Shown in pieces: positions 20,014 through 29,989 of a DNA stretch of 64,000 nt (positions are counted from its first letter, which is position 1; each line of letters starts with the position of its first letter). The DNA lies in the NCBI GenBank assembly GCA_963782055.1, contig CAWAIF010000003.1, positions 256,001-320,000 of the forward strand, read 5' to 3'. The notes under the pieces were generated by a model. That model was not told where the DNA came from, made no database searches, and saw nothing but the letters and a program-made list of their open reading frames with translations. Position numbers and translations under genes: made by a program. Source of the stretch: an uncultured delta proteobacterium (GTDB taxonomy: Bacteria; Myxococcota_A; Polyangia; Polyangiales; Polyangiaceae).

Positions 20014-21135
20014 TTGGCGAAGAAGCAGGACGGCGGGACATCGGGAGCGCGGAAGGAGAGCATGCAGAGGCCGCCGGCGGAGGTGACTCACGCCGCCGAG
20101 CTGGAGACGCTGCGCAAGGCGGACAAGGGGCCGCGCCCGCCCGGGTGGCAGCTCTCGCCCATGGCGGTGCGCACCTTCATCCTGGGTGACCCCTCGCGCG
20201 GGATCCGGAAGAAGTTCGTGGGCAACCCCTCGCTCGTGGACCGCGCGATGGTGGCGCTGGCCACCAACCGTGGCCTGCTCTTCGTGGGGGAGCCCGGCAC
20301 GGCGAAGTCGCTTCTCTCCGAGCTGCTGGCCGCGGCGATCTGCGGCAAGTCCACGCTGACCATCCAGGGGAGCGCCGGCACCACCGACGACCAGATCAAG
20401 TACTCGTGGAACTACGCGCTGCTCCTGGCCGAGGGTCCCACGCCGCGCGCGATGGTCCCCGCGCCCCTGTACACCGGCATGCAGGAGGGGGGCATCGTCC
20501 GCTTCGAGGAGATCACCCGCTGCCCGCTGGAGATCCAGGACTCGCTGCTCGCCGCCCTCTCCGACCGCGTGCTGGCCATCCCCGAGATGGAGGGCTCGCA
20601 GGGGATGCTCTTCGCGAAGGAGGGCTTCAACGTCATCGCCACCGCGAACACGCGCGACCTGGGCGTCAACGAGATGAGCGCGGCGCTCAAGCGGCGCTTC
20701 AACTTCGAGACGGTGTTCCCCATCGCCGACTTCCAGGTGGAGATGGAGCTGGTGCGCGACGAGACGCAGCGTCTGCTCGCGGCGTCGGGCGTGCCGGACC
20801 TTCCGGGGCCGGACGTGCTGGAGCTGCTGGTCACCACCTTCCGCGAGCTGCGCGCCGGACAGACGGTGGACGGGCAGGCGATGGACCGCCTCTCGGTGCC
20901 GATGTCCACGGCCGAGGCGGTGAGCGTGGCGTACGCGGTGGGGGTGCGCAGCCACTTCCTCGGCGGCGAGGACGCGACGCCGGCGGACCTGGTGGAGTGC
21001 CTGGTGGGCGCGGCCATCAAGACCGACACCGAGGACGTCGCGCGGCTGCGCCGGTACTTCGAGCAGCGCGTCTCCAAGGGGCAGGGCCCGCACTGGCGCG
21101 CCTACTACGAGGCCAGGCACCGGCTCCCCGGCTGA
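20014..21135 (+). CDS. yehL: YehL-family MoxR-like AAA+ ATPase
   Basis: GEPGTAKSLLSELLAAAI, FEEITRC, ATANTRDLGVNEMSAALKRRFNFE; GGAGG 6 nt before TTG 20014. Confidence 0.9.
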   Translation: MAKKQDGGTSGARKESMQRPPAEVTHAAELETLRKADKGPRPPGWQLSPMAVRTFILGDPSRGIRKKFVGNPSLVDRAMVALATNRGLLFVGEPGTAKSLLSELLAAAICGKSTLTIQGSAGTTDDQIKYSWNYALLLAEGPTPRAMVPAPLYTGMQEGGIVRFEEITRCPLEIQDSLLAALSDRVLAIPEMEGSQGMLFAKEGFNVIATANTRDLGVNEMSAALKRRFNFETVFPIADFQVEMELVRDETQRLLAASGVPDLPGPDVLELLVTTFRELRAGQTVDGQAMDRLSVPMSTAEAVSVAYAVGVRSHFLGGEDATPADLVECLVGAAIKTDTEDVARLRRYFEQRVSKGQGPHWRAYYEARHRLPG

Positions 21136-21138
21136 CGC

Positions 21139-23478
21139 ATGGCGCTCCACGTCGTCGGCGTCCGGCATCACAGCCCCGCGTGCGCGCGCCTGGTGCGCGC
21201 CACGGTGGCGCAGGTGCGCCCGCGCTTCGTCCTCATCGAGGGTCCGAGCGACATGAACGAGCGCATGGAGGAGATGACGCTCGCGCACGAGCTGCCCATC
21301 GCCCTGTTCACGTACCGCCAGGACGCGGCGGGCGTCTCGCGCGGGACGTGGTCGCCCTTCTGCGACTACTCGCCGGAGTGGGTGGCCCTGCAGGCGGCGC
21401 GAGAGGTCCGGGCGCGGTCCCTCTTCATGGACCTGCCCGCGTGGGACCCCGCCTTCGACGGCGAGGAGAACCGCTACGCCGACAGGCAGGTGCGCCACAG
21501 CGACCGCCTCGCCGAGCTGTGCGCGCGCCTCGGCTTCGAGGACACCGACGCGCTCTGGGACCACCTCTTCGAGCAGCCCCAGGAGACGGGCGAGCTCGCC
21601 GCGCGGCTGGCTCGCTACTTCGAGCAGCTCCGCGGCGACGAGCCGGGCGGCCCGCGCGACGGCCCGCGCGAGGCGCACATGGCCCGCACCATCGCGTGGG
21701 CGACGAAGGAGGCGGGGGAGGGTGACGTGGTGGTCGTGTGCGGCGGGTACCACAAGCCCGCGCTGGAGCGCATGTGGCGCGAGGCGGAGGCGGAGATCCC
21801 GCCGCTGACGCCGCTGGAGGAGGGGGTGCGCGTGGGCAGCTACCTGGTGCCCTTCTCCTTCCGCCGGCTGGACAGCTTCGCCGGGTACGCCTCCGGGATG
21901 CCCTCGCCCGCCTTCTACCAGGCGGTGTGGGAGGACGGGCACGCCGCGGCCGCCGAGCGGATGCTCTTCGACACCGTCAAGCACCTGCGCAAGAAGCAGC
22001 AGCGCGTCTCGCCGGCGGACGCCATCGCGGCGTCGACGCTCGCCCACGGGCTCTGCAAGCTGCGCGGCCACGCCGCGCTCGCGCGCATCGACGTGCTGGA
22101 CGGCCTCGCCGGGGCGCTGGTGAAGGACGCGCTGGAGGCGCCGCTGCCGTGGACGCAGCGCGGGACGCTGGCCGCGCGCACCGAGCCGCTGCTCGTCGAG
22201 GTGGTCGCCGCCTTCTCGGGGCAGCGCGTCGGCGCTCTGGCCGAGGGCACGCCCCAGCCGCCGCTGGTGCACGACGCCTTCGCCGAGCTGAAGCGCGTGG
22301 GGATCGTGCTGGAGCGCAGCGAGCAGCGCGTTCGACCGGCGCTCTCCGCCCAGGCGGGCGCGGCGCAGAGTCGCACCCTGCACCGGCTGCGGGTGCTGGA
22401 GATCCCCGGCATCCGGCGCGTGCGAGGGCCGAACCTGGGCCGCGCGAAGACCGACCTCACCGAGGAGTGGACGGTCGTGCGGACGCTGGAGACCGACCCG
22501 GCGCTCATCGAGGCGGCGCTCTACGGCGCCACGCTGGAGGGTGCCGCCGCAGCGAAGCTGGAGGAGCGCAGCCGCAGCGCGGACAACATGGCGGTGCTCG
22601 CCGACGTGCTCTTCGACGCCGCCTACGCCGGCATCGCCGCGCTCACCGGCCGCTGGCTCGGGGAGATCGCCCGACACGTGGCCACCGAGCCGTCCTTCGA
22701 GGTGCTCGGCGTCGCGCTCGCCAAGCTGCTCTCCCTCTGGCGCGGCGACGTGGTGCTCGGCGCGCACGCCGCCGTGGAGCTCGGCCGGGTGCTGGAGGCC
22801 CTCTTCGATCGCGGCCTCTGGCTGCTCGAGGGCGTGCAAGGGCCCACCGCCACCCTGGACGAGGCGCAGGTGGGGGCGGTGCGCGCGCTCCGCGACACCC
22901 TCCGCGCGGGGGAGGGCAAGCTCGCGCTGGACCGCACGCGGGCCCACGCGGTCTGCCTCCGGCGAGTGCACGACGCCGGGGCGCCGCCCGCGGTGCGCGG
23001 CGCGGCCCTGGGCTTCTTGTGGTCCACGCGCGTCGACGAGGACGCACCGCCCGACGCGGGGGAGGAGGGCGACGAGGCACGCGCCATCGCCGCGATGCGC
23101 GCCCTGGCACGGCCGGAGACGCTGGGCGACTTCCTCGGCGGCGTCTTCAGCCTCGCGCGGGAGGAGGTGGTGCGCGCGCGCAGGTTGCTGGAGGCCATCG
23201 ACACCTCGGTGACAGGCTTCTTGCGACAGGACTTCCTCATCGCCCTGCCCGCGCTGCGCCAGGCGTTCGCCTACTTCCCCCCGCGCGAGCGGCTCGCCAT
23301 CGCCGAGGCGGTGCTGGAGATCGGCGGGCAGGCCGGCGCCGACCCCATGGCGCTGCTGCGGGCGCCGGTGGACGCGGGCGTGGTGCAGCGCGGCGCGGAG
23401 ATCGACGCCGCCGGGGCCGCGCTCGCCGCGCGCTTCGGTCTCGCCGACGCGCACGACGAGGAAGGGAGCACCGGATGA
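21139..23478 (+). CDS. yehM: DUF5682 family protein (YehM-like)
   Basis: GVRHHSPACA, LIEGP, PFCDYSPEWVAL, REAHMA, VCGGYH, GYASGMPSP; position in yeh-type operon. Confidence 0.85.
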   Translation: MALHVVGVRHHSPACARLVRATVAQVRPRFVLIEGPSDMNERMEEMTLAHELPIALFTYRQDAAGVSRGTWSPFCDYSPEWVALQAAREVRARSLFMDLPAWDPAFDGEENRYADRQVRHSDRLAELCARLGFEDTDALWDHLFEQPQETGELAARLARYFEQLRGDEPGGPRDGPREAHMARTIAWATKEAGEGDVVVVCGGYHKPALERMWREAEAEIPPLTPLEEGVRVGSYLVPFSFRRLDSFAGYASGMPSPAFYQAVWEDGHAAAAERMLFDTVKHLRKKQQRVSPADAIAASTLAHGLCKLRGHAALARIDVLDGLAGALVKDALEAPLPWTQRGTLAARTEPLLVEVVAAFSGQRVGALAEGTPQPPLVHDAFAELKRVGIVLERSEQRVRPALSAQAGAAQSRTLHRLRVLEIPGIRRVRGPNLGRAKTDLTEEWTVVRTLETDPALIEAALYGATLEGAAAAKLEERSRSADNMAVLADVLFDAAYAGIAALTGRWLGEIARHVATEPSFEVLGVALAKLLSLWRGDVVLGAHAAVELGRVLEALFDRGLWLLEGVQGPTATLDEAQVGAVRALRDTLRAGEGKLALDRTRAHAVCLRRVHDAGAPPAVRGAALGFLWSTRVDEDAPPDAGEEGDEARAIAAMRALARPETLGDFLGGVFSLAREEVVRARRLLEAIDTSVTGFLRQDFLIALPALRQAFAYFPPRERLAIAEAVLEIGGQAGADPMALLRAPVDAGVVQRGAEIDAAGAALAARFGLADAHDEEGSTG

Positions 23479-24608
23479 AGGGCCGCGACGAACGGCTGGT
23501 GCGCTGGCGCCTCCTCCTCGGCAACGCCGCCGAGAGCGCGCTCGACGCGCGGTCCTCGATGAGCGCGGAGGACATGGCCGCCGACGCCGCGCTCGGCTGG
23601 CTCTACGAGCGCGGCGAGGGGCTCGCCGACCGCGACATCCGCGACCGCTCCGCCGGCCTGGGCGCCTCGGCGCTCACCGTCCCGGCGTGGCTCACCGAGG
23701 TGCACCGCCTCTTCCCCAAGGAGACGGTCGAGCGCCTGGAGCAGGACGCGGTGGAGAAGTACCAGATCCACGAGATCGTCACCAACCTGGAGGTCCTCAA
23801 GCGCATCGAGCCGAACGAGACGCTGCTGCGCGCGGTGCTGCTCACCAAGCACCTGATGAACCCCGAGGTGCTCGGCATGGCGCGCGAGCTGGTGGCGAAG
23901 GTCGTGCGCAAGCTCATGGACAAGCTGGCACGCACGGTGAAGGTGAGCTTCCACGGCACCCGCACGCGCCGCCGCTCGCGCGTCAAGATCGCCAAGAACT
24001 TCGACGCCAAGGCCACCGTCCGCAAGAACCTGGGCACCTACGACGCCGCCGCCCGAAGGCTCTTCATCAAGACGCCGCTCTTCGTATCCCGCGCGCGCCG
24101 GCACTTCGAGAAGTGGCAGATCATCCTGCTGGTCGACGAGAGCGGCAGCATGCTGGGGTCGGTCATCCACTCGGCGGTCACCGCCGCGTGCCTCTGGGGC
24201 ATCCCCTCCACCAAGACGCACCTCTGCATCTTCGACACCGAGGTGGTGGACCTCACCGAGCGCGTGACCGACCCGGTGGAGATCCTGATGAAGGTGCAGC
24301 TCGGCGGCGGCACCGACATCGGCAAGGCCGTCGCGTACGCGCAAGGGATCGTGGAGAACCCGCGCCGCACCATCGTCGTGCTGGTGACCGACTTCTTCGA
24401 GGGCGGGAGCCCGGGCGTGCTGGTGCAGCGCGTGAAGGCGCTCTGCGATCAGGGGAGCATCGTGCTCGGCCTGGCCGCGCTCGACGAGCAGGCCAACCCC
24501 TCCTACGACAGGGACCTCGCCCGGCGGCTGGTGCAGGTGGGCGCGCACGTCGGGGCGATGACGCCGGGGGAGCTGGTCAACTTCATCGCCGAGAAGGTGC
24601 GGGTGTGA
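23475..24608 (+). CDS. yehP: VWA (CoxE-like) domain protein, YehP-like
   Basis: RWRLLLG N-terminus; MIDAS LVDESGSM, GGGTDI, VTDFFEGG; ATGA overlap with upstream gene. Confidence 0.88.
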   Translation: MKGRDERLVRWRLLLGNAAESALDARSSMSAEDMAADAALGWLYERGEGLADRDIRDRSAGLGASALTVPAWLTEVHRLFPKETVERLEQDAVEKYQIHEIVTNLEVLKRIEPNETLLRAVLLTKHLMNPEVLGMARELVAKVVRKLMDKLARTVKVSFHGTRTRRRSRVKIAKNFDAKATVRKNLGTYDAAARRLFIKTPLFVSRARRHFEKWQIILLVDESGSMLGSVIHSAVTAACLWGIPSTKTHLCIFDTEVVDLTERVTDPVEILMKVQLGGGTDIGKAVAYAQGIVENPRRTIVVLVTDFFEGGSPGVLVQRVKALCDQGSIVLGLAALDEQANPSYDRDLARRLVQVGAHVGAMTPGELVNFIAEKVRV

Positions 24609-26557
24609 GCCGGCCGGACCTGCTCGCCCTGACGCCGGAGGCGCTGGCGTCGCTGGCCAACATGGGGCTCGTCAAGCGCGCGCAGCGCGAGCTCGCCGAG
24701 GGCGCCGGGCCGGCGCTGGAGGAGCTGGAGGACGGCACCGTCGTCGGCACCTTCAAGGACGGTGTCGTCGCCAAGCTCCTGCCGGGCAAGCCGATCAAGG
24801 AGACCCCGTGCACGTGCGCGGCGACCGGCGCGTGCCGGCACCGCGTCGCCGTGGCGCTCGCCTACAAGCCGTGGCACGCAGCGGAGCACGAGGGCGGGCC
24901 GCCGCCTTCGTCGGCGCGCGTGCCGCTCCACTGGTCGCCGGCGGAGATCGACGACGCCGCGCTGGAGGTTGCGCTCGGCGCGCGGACGCTGGACCGCGCG
25001 CGCGCCGCGAGGAAGAAGGGCGTGCTGGTCACGGTGGAGCGCGACGGCGTGCCCACGGCGAAGCTGCCCTCCTGCACCGTGCGCTTCCTGGTCCCGCGCG
25101 ACGTGGCGTACGCGCGCTGCGACTGCGCGCAGGCGGGCGGCGCGTGCGAGCACCTGGCGCTCGCGGTGTGGGCGTTCCGGGAGGCGCGAGGCGACGCCGC
25201 GAGCGTGGTGGTCGCGATGGGCGGCGGCGCCAGCCCGGCGCGCTCGGAGGTGCTCGACGTGGTGAGCGAGCTGGTGCGCGACGTGCTCGGCCGCGGCATC
25301 GCCGAGACGCTCCCCTCGCCCGCGCGCTTCGCCGAAGTGCGCACGCGCGTGGACAGGGAGGGGCTGACCTGGGTGAACGCGCTGGTCGTCGACCTGCAGA
25401 TCGCCCTGGAGGGCTACCGCGCCCGGAGCGCGCTCTACGGCACCCGCGAGATCGCCGGTCTGCTCATGGAGCTCGGGGCGCGGCTGCGCGCGAGCCGGCA
25501 AGGCGGAGAACTCCCCGCGCGCTTCGTGCTGGGCGAGGACGAGGCGCCGGAGACGCTGCTCGACCACGTGCGGCTCGTCTCGCTCGGCGCCCGCGTGCGG
25601 TCGGACGGCCGCACGCGCTTCGCCGACGTCTTCCTCGCCGACCCGGACACCACGCTGGTGCTGGTGCTGCGCAAGCGGTGGGAGTTCGACGAGAAGACCG
25701 AGCCGGAGGAGGGGCCGGCGCTCGCACGCCGCTCGGTCGCGACGCGCATGCTGCTGGGGACCCTCGCGCACGGGCAGGTGGTGTCGAAGGTGGTGAAGCG
25801 CCGCGCCAACCGGTCCATCAATCTCGGCACCTCCCGCGTGGCCCAGACGAGCGTGACGCCGCAGCGCGGCGAGTGGGGGACGCTGCCTTCGCCGCTGCTC
25901 GTCAAGGACCTGGAGGAGCACGCCGGGCGCATCAAGCAGCGGCCGCCGCGCGTGCTCCGGCCGCGCGTGCTCGCCGAGGAGGTCCACGTCGTGGAGGTGT
26001 CACAGGTGGTGGACGTGGCGTACGTCGCGGCGGAGCAGCAGCTCCTGGCGAGCCTGCTCGACGCCGCGGGCAACCCCTTCACCGTGGTGGTGCGCCACCG
26101 GCGCGCCGCGCCGCACGCGCTGGACGCGGTGGGCGCGGCCCTCGCGCGCAACGTCCGCTTCGTGGCGGGCAATCTCGCGCGCGGTCCGCTCGGCTGGCAG
26201 GTGGACCCGCTGGCCGTCGCCGCCGACGACATGGTGGTGCCCGACCTCGCCGGGCCGATCCAGGCGCCGCCGCCGTCGCCCGTGGCGGTGCACGCGCACC
26301 CCGGCGCCATCGACGCGGCGCTGGACGCCGCCGAGTCCGCGCTGGAGGAGCTGTGCCACGCCGGGGTCAGCGGGGCCTCGCGCGCGGTGACCGAGCGGTG
26401 CGGCGCCGCGGCGCAGCGCTGCGACGACGCCGGCGTGGCGGGGCTGGGCGTGCGCCTGCGCGCCCTGGAGTCGCGCGCGCGGACCGCCGGACCGGAGGGC
26501 GCCGATGCCTGGCTGGACGCGGCGGTGCGGCTGAACCTGGTGCGAGAGGCGCGGTAG
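24605..26557 (+). CDS. yehQ: Double SWIM zinc-finger protein, YehQ-like
   Basis: LASLANMGLVKRA start; CTC-x5-CRH and CDC-x6-CEH; GTGA overlap. Confidence 0.82.
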   Translation: MSRPDLLALTPEALASLANMGLVKRAQRELAEGAGPALEELEDGTVVGTFKDGVVAKLLPGKPIKETPCTCAATGACRHRVAVALAYKPWHAAEHEGGPPPSSARVPLHWSPAEIDDAALEVALGARTLDRARAARKKGVLVTVERDGVPTAKLPSCTVRFLVPRDVAYARCDCAQAGGACEHLALAVWAFREARGDAASVVVAMGGGASPARSEVLDVVSELVRDVLGRGIAETLPSPARFAEVRTRVDREGLTWVNALVVDLQIALEGYRARSALYGTREIAGLLMELGARLRASRQGGELPARFVLGEDEAPETLLDHVRLVSLGARVRSDGRTRFADVFLADPDTTLVLVLRKRWEFDEKTEPEEGPALARRSVATRMLLGTLAHGQVVSKVVKRRANRSINLGTSRVAQTSVTPQRGEWGTLPSPLLVKDLEEHAGRIKQRPPRVLRPRVLAEEVHVVEVSQVVDVAYVAAEQQLLASLLDAAGNPFTVVVRHRRAAPHALDAVGAALARNVRFVAGNLARGPLGWQVDPLAVAADDMVVPDLAGPIQAPPPSPVAVHAHPGAIDAALDAAESALEELCHAGVSGASRAVTERCGAAAQRCDDAGVAGLGVRLRALESRARTAGPEGADAWLDAAVRLNLVREAR

Positions 26558-26560
26558 CCT

Positions 26561-29500
26561 TCAGCCCGGGGCGAGGTCGAAGAGCGCCTCCGCGACGTCC
26601 ACCGGGTGGATGGTGGTGACCGGGAGCGGCACCTGCTTGCGCCAGAACCCGATCTGCACGTGCGACACCTCCTCGTCGAACTCGCAGACCAGTCTCACCT
26701 CGCCGCGCCGCCCGTACAGATCGCGCTTCAGAGTGCGGACCTTGTCGCGCGTGGAGCCGCGCTGGAAGCCGCGGGCCAGCAGCCGTGTCTCCAGGTCGGC
26801 GCATCGCCACGCCGGGACCGGCTGCTCGATGACGTTGCCCGGATCGCCGCTGGTGTTGCCCTGGGGCGGCGCCGACCTGCCGCGCTCCACCTGCAAGAAC
26901 CCCTGGACGATCTCGTAGTCCGCCAGGATCTGCCGCCACGCCTCGCGCTCCTCCGGCGTGCCCACGGCGGGGTGATAGAGCTGCACCGTCGGGCCGAGCT
27001 CCACCGCCGCGTCGTGCGGGCCGGCGTAGGTGCGGTCCTCCGCGATGCGGAAGCTCCTCCCTTCGCTCGTCCACACCAGACCGCGCGCGACGTGCACCAT
27101 CAGCGGGTGGTGGACCCAGGTGCGCTCGAAGTCCTCGCGCGTCCAGGTGCGGCGCGTGAGCATCGCCCGCTCCAGCGCGGCGAGCCGGCGGGTGGCGAGG
27201 ACGGCGACGTCCTCCTTCAGGTCGGCCCAGATGCGCTTGGCCGTCTCCACCGCCTCCGGATCGCCGGTGGCGCGGGGGAGGGCGCGCAGCTTGCCGCCGG
27301 TCTCCTCGTCGACGATGTGCGGCTCCAGGCGGGAGTCGAACCCCACCCGCAGCGGGCGGTCGCCGTGCTGCAGGGAGAGCTGTCCCCGGGCGTCGACGCC
27401 CAGCGTCGGGATGACGCTCTCCTCCAGCTCGTCCGGCGTCACGCCGCGGGCCCGCGCCAGCCGGCGCAGCCCCGGATCCACCATCCAGCTCGAGCCCGGC
27501 GCGCGCCCCGCGATGGTGAGGAGCTCCATGACCGCGGCGTCGGTGCCGATCGCCTCCAGCACGGCCACGAAGCGGTCCGCTCTCATCGCGGGCGTCAGGC
27601 GCCGGACCACCTCGTCGTCGGCGAGGTGGACCAGGGCGTTGCGCATCCACACGTCCCGCGTCTTCCCACCCGCCGTGTCCCACGCGCGCGCCATGTCCCA
27701 CGACAGCTCGGCGAGGCTGCGCGGCTCGCACGCCTCCTTCACCTCCGCGAGGCCGGGGTAGGGGCGGCCGGGCGGCGAGAGCCGGAGCATCACCCCCAGG
27801 GTCTCCACCGCCGCGAGCGGCAGGGCCTTGCCGCCCTCGAGCAGCGGCCGGCGGAAGGTCTCCGGGCGCCAGGTGCCGGGCATCTTCGGGAGCTTCTTCG
27901 GCACGTCGAAGCGGCGGTCCCACGCGAGCCAGTCGTCGACGACGCGGCGCATCTCCGGGCCGTACTCGTCCGCCGCCGCGCGCACGTCGGCGCCGTCCTC
28001 GTGCACCAGCGCCCAGAGCAGGGGCGCGGCGCCGGGGACCTTCTCGCCGCCGAAGACGAGCGGGAGCAGGCCGAGCAGCGCGGTGCGCGGGTGGAGGCGC
28101 ATCCAGTCGCGCACCACCGGCTCGCGGACCTCGTAGCCGTGCACCTTCACCAGCGCAGGGACGATGCGGGTCGAGTCCACCCCGAACAGCACGTGCGGGT
28201 CGTCGCGGCGGTAGGTGAACGACTTCTCGAGCTGCACCAGCACGCCGGGCATCGCCTCCGCGCCGAAGCGGGCGAGGAAGTAGGCCACCAGCGACACCTG
28301 GCGGTCCATGACCCGCGCGGAGCTCTCGTTCCAGGCGGTGAGCTGCAGGTCGTCCGGGACGCGCGCCGGCCCGTCGCCGCCGTCGTGGAGCACCGGATCG
28401 ACGTAGCTGCCCTTGCCCCGCACCCGCTCCAGGTACGCCGCGCGCTGCGCCTCGTTCATCTCCGGCTTGCCCCGGGCCAGGACCGCGGCCTCCTCCAGCA
28501 CCTCGCGCGCGATCTGCGGGTCGATGGCGATCCGCTCGTGCAGCACCGGCGTCACCCCACCCGGGACGCGCAGCGAGGGCTTCTTCGGCCTCTTCTTCAG
28601 CGTCCACGGGGGCTCGCGCAGGATGGCCGGCAGCTCCTCCGCGGCGGCCTCCGGAGCGGCCACGGCCGTACCCTGCTCCGCCGCCGCCGCGCGGCGCGCG
28701 CCCGCCACCAGCTCCGCCGCCAGCTTGGCGATGCGCCCCTTGCCCTTCGCCAGGGGCGCGAGCACCTCCGCGGCGTGGTGCGGGAAGCGCGCGAAGAACT
28801 CCGCCGCCGAGGGGCGCACCTTGGTCTTGGTGATCTGCGAGGCGAGGAGGCGGGCCGCGGCCGGGTCGTCGAAGAGGGCGAGCGCGCGCGCGGCGTGCCA
28901 GCGCTCGAACTCGTCGCGGGGCGCCTCGAACACCTCGGTGAGCAGGGGCAGCGCGGCGTCGCCGAAGGTCTCCACCAGCTCGAGGAAGCTGCGCGACTGC
29001 TGGCGCCGCGGGAAGAAGGCGCGCACCGCGTCCATGTCTCGCACGATGGGGTAGAGGATGTCGACCTGGGGCGGGTCGGCGACGGTCATCCAGGCGCGCG
29101 TCACCTCGTCCGTCCAGCGCTCCTCCTCGAAGAAGGCGTAGGCGAGCGTCGTCTTCTGCCCGAGCGACGCCCCGTCCCAGGCCGCCCGCGCGACTTCCTT
29201 GCATTCTGCACGGACCGCGTCGGTCGCGGCGAGGAGCGGCGCGCGCAGCCGGTCGCTGCCGGGAGTCCGGGTCACCGTGCGCAGCACGTACGCCCAGTGG
29301 TTCTTCGGGTCGCGCACGGTCTCGGCGGTGAGCTCCAGCGACCGGAGCACCACCCGCACCACGCCCGGCAAGCCGGAGGTGTGCATCACCGAGGCGAGGA
29401 TGGGCGTGTGCGCGCTGGGGTAGAGCAGCGCCATCAACGCGGCCGCGGTGTCGACGTCCCACGCCGCGGGGGGCGTCTCCAGGGTCATGAGCTCGCCGCA

Positions 29501-29692
29501 CCGTTCCATGATGCTCGCGAGCGGCGGCGCGGCGAGGGACCGGCCGTTGACGAAGCGCTGCTCCGGCTGGCGCGCCTCCCGCTTCAGCCGCTCCCACGCC
29601 GGTCGCGCCGGCGGCCACTTCACGGCCTTCGCGTGCTCGCGCGAGCGTGGCAGCAGGGTCTTGCGGGCTTCCTCGCTCCAGACGATGCGCAC
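26561..29692 (-). CDS. DUF4132 domain protein (paralog of 16221-19973, no WGR domain)
   Basis: ELPAILREPPW, KLPKMP...RPLL, PYPGLAEVKEACEPRSLA, IGTDAA, HPLMVHVARGLVW, ADYEIVQ match the upstream paralog. Confidence 0.85.
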   Translation of the reverse strand: MRIVWSEEARKTLLPRSREHAKAVKWPPARPAWERLKREARQPEQRFVNGRSLAAPPLASIMERCGELMTLETPPAAWDVDTAAALMALLYPSAHTPILASVMHTSGLPGVVRVVLRSLELTAETVRDPKNHWAYVLRTVTRTPGSDRLRAPLLAATDAVRAECKEVARAAWDGASLGQKTTLAYAFFEEERWTDEVTRAWMTVADPPQVDILYPIVRDMDAVRAFFPRRQQSRSFLELVETFGDAALPLLTEVFEAPRDEFERWHAARALALFDDPAAARLLASQITKTKVRPSAAEFFARFPHHAAEVLAPLAKGKGRIAKLAAELVAGARRAAAAEQGTAVAAPEAAAEELPAILREPPWTLKKRPKKPSLRVPGGVTPVLHERIAIDPQIAREVLEEAAVLARGKPEMNEAQRAAYLERVRGKGSYVDPVLHDGGDGPARVPDDLQLTAWNESSARVMDRQVSLVAYFLARFGAEAMPGVLVQLEKSFTYRRDDPHVLFGVDSTRIVPALVKVHGYEVREPVVRDWMRLHPRTALLGLLPLVFGGEKVPGAAPLLWALVHEDGADVRAAADEYGPEMRRVVDDWLAWDRRFDVPKKLPKMPGTWRPETFRRPLLEGGKALPLAAVETLGVMLRLSPPGRPYPGLAEVKEACEPRSLAELSWDMARAWDTAGGKTRDVWMRNALVHLADDEVVRRLTPAMRADRFVAVLEAIGTDAAVMELLTIAGRAPGSSWMVDPGLRRLARARGVTPDELEESVIPTLGVDARGQLSLQHGDRPLRVGFDSRLEPHIVDEETGGKLRALPRATGDPEAVETAKRIWADLKEDVAVLATRRLAALERAMLTRRTWTREDFERTWVHHPLMVHVARGLVWTSEGRSFRIAEDRTYAGPHDAAVELGPTVQLYHPAVGTPEEREAWRQILADYEIVQGFLQVERGRSAPPQGNTSGDPGNVIEQPVPAWRCADLETRLLARGFQRGSTRDKVRTLKRDLYGRRGEVRLVCEFDEEVSHVQIGFWRKQVPLPVTTIHPVDVAEALFDLAPG

Positions 29693-29756
29693 GCGCCGGA
29701 GACTACCGCGCCGGGGCGCGCAGGTCACAGGGCCCGCGGTGAGCGGGACCATTCGG

Positions 29757-29832
29757 TGGTGGGCGAACAGGGACTTGAACCCTGAGCCAACGGATTAAGA
29801 GTCCGCTGCTCTACCAATTGAGCTATTCGCCC
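29757..29832 (-). tRNA. tRNA-Lys (CTT)
   Basis: 76 nt, GGGCGAATAGCTCAATTGGTAGAGCAGCGGACTCTTAATCCGTTGGCTCAGGGTTCAAGTCCCTGTTCGCCCACCA: cloverleaf, anticodon CTT, encoded CCA. Confidence 0.97.
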
Positions 29833-29859
29833 GAGTCTCCGATGTGGCGGAGGTCGCCG

Positions 29860-29888
29860 TAGGTATCCGTAGCGGTGCGGCGTGTCAA
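29860..29888 (-). promoter_or_regulatory. Sigma70-type promoter of tRNA-Lys
   Basis: TTGACA (29888-29883), 17 nt spacer, TACCTA. Confidence 0.55.
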
Positions 29889-29989
29889 GGGTGAGGCGCC
29901 GCGTGGAACGGACGGGCTGGCGCGGCAGGGCTGACACCGGCCCGCCCCACCCCCGCACGAGCGCGAGACGGTGTGCTAGAAAGCCGTGC

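Noticed and set aside
26561..29832. Genomic island integrated at tRNA-Lys
   Set aside because: No integrase, no duplicated tRNA 3' end seen and no obvious compositional shift.
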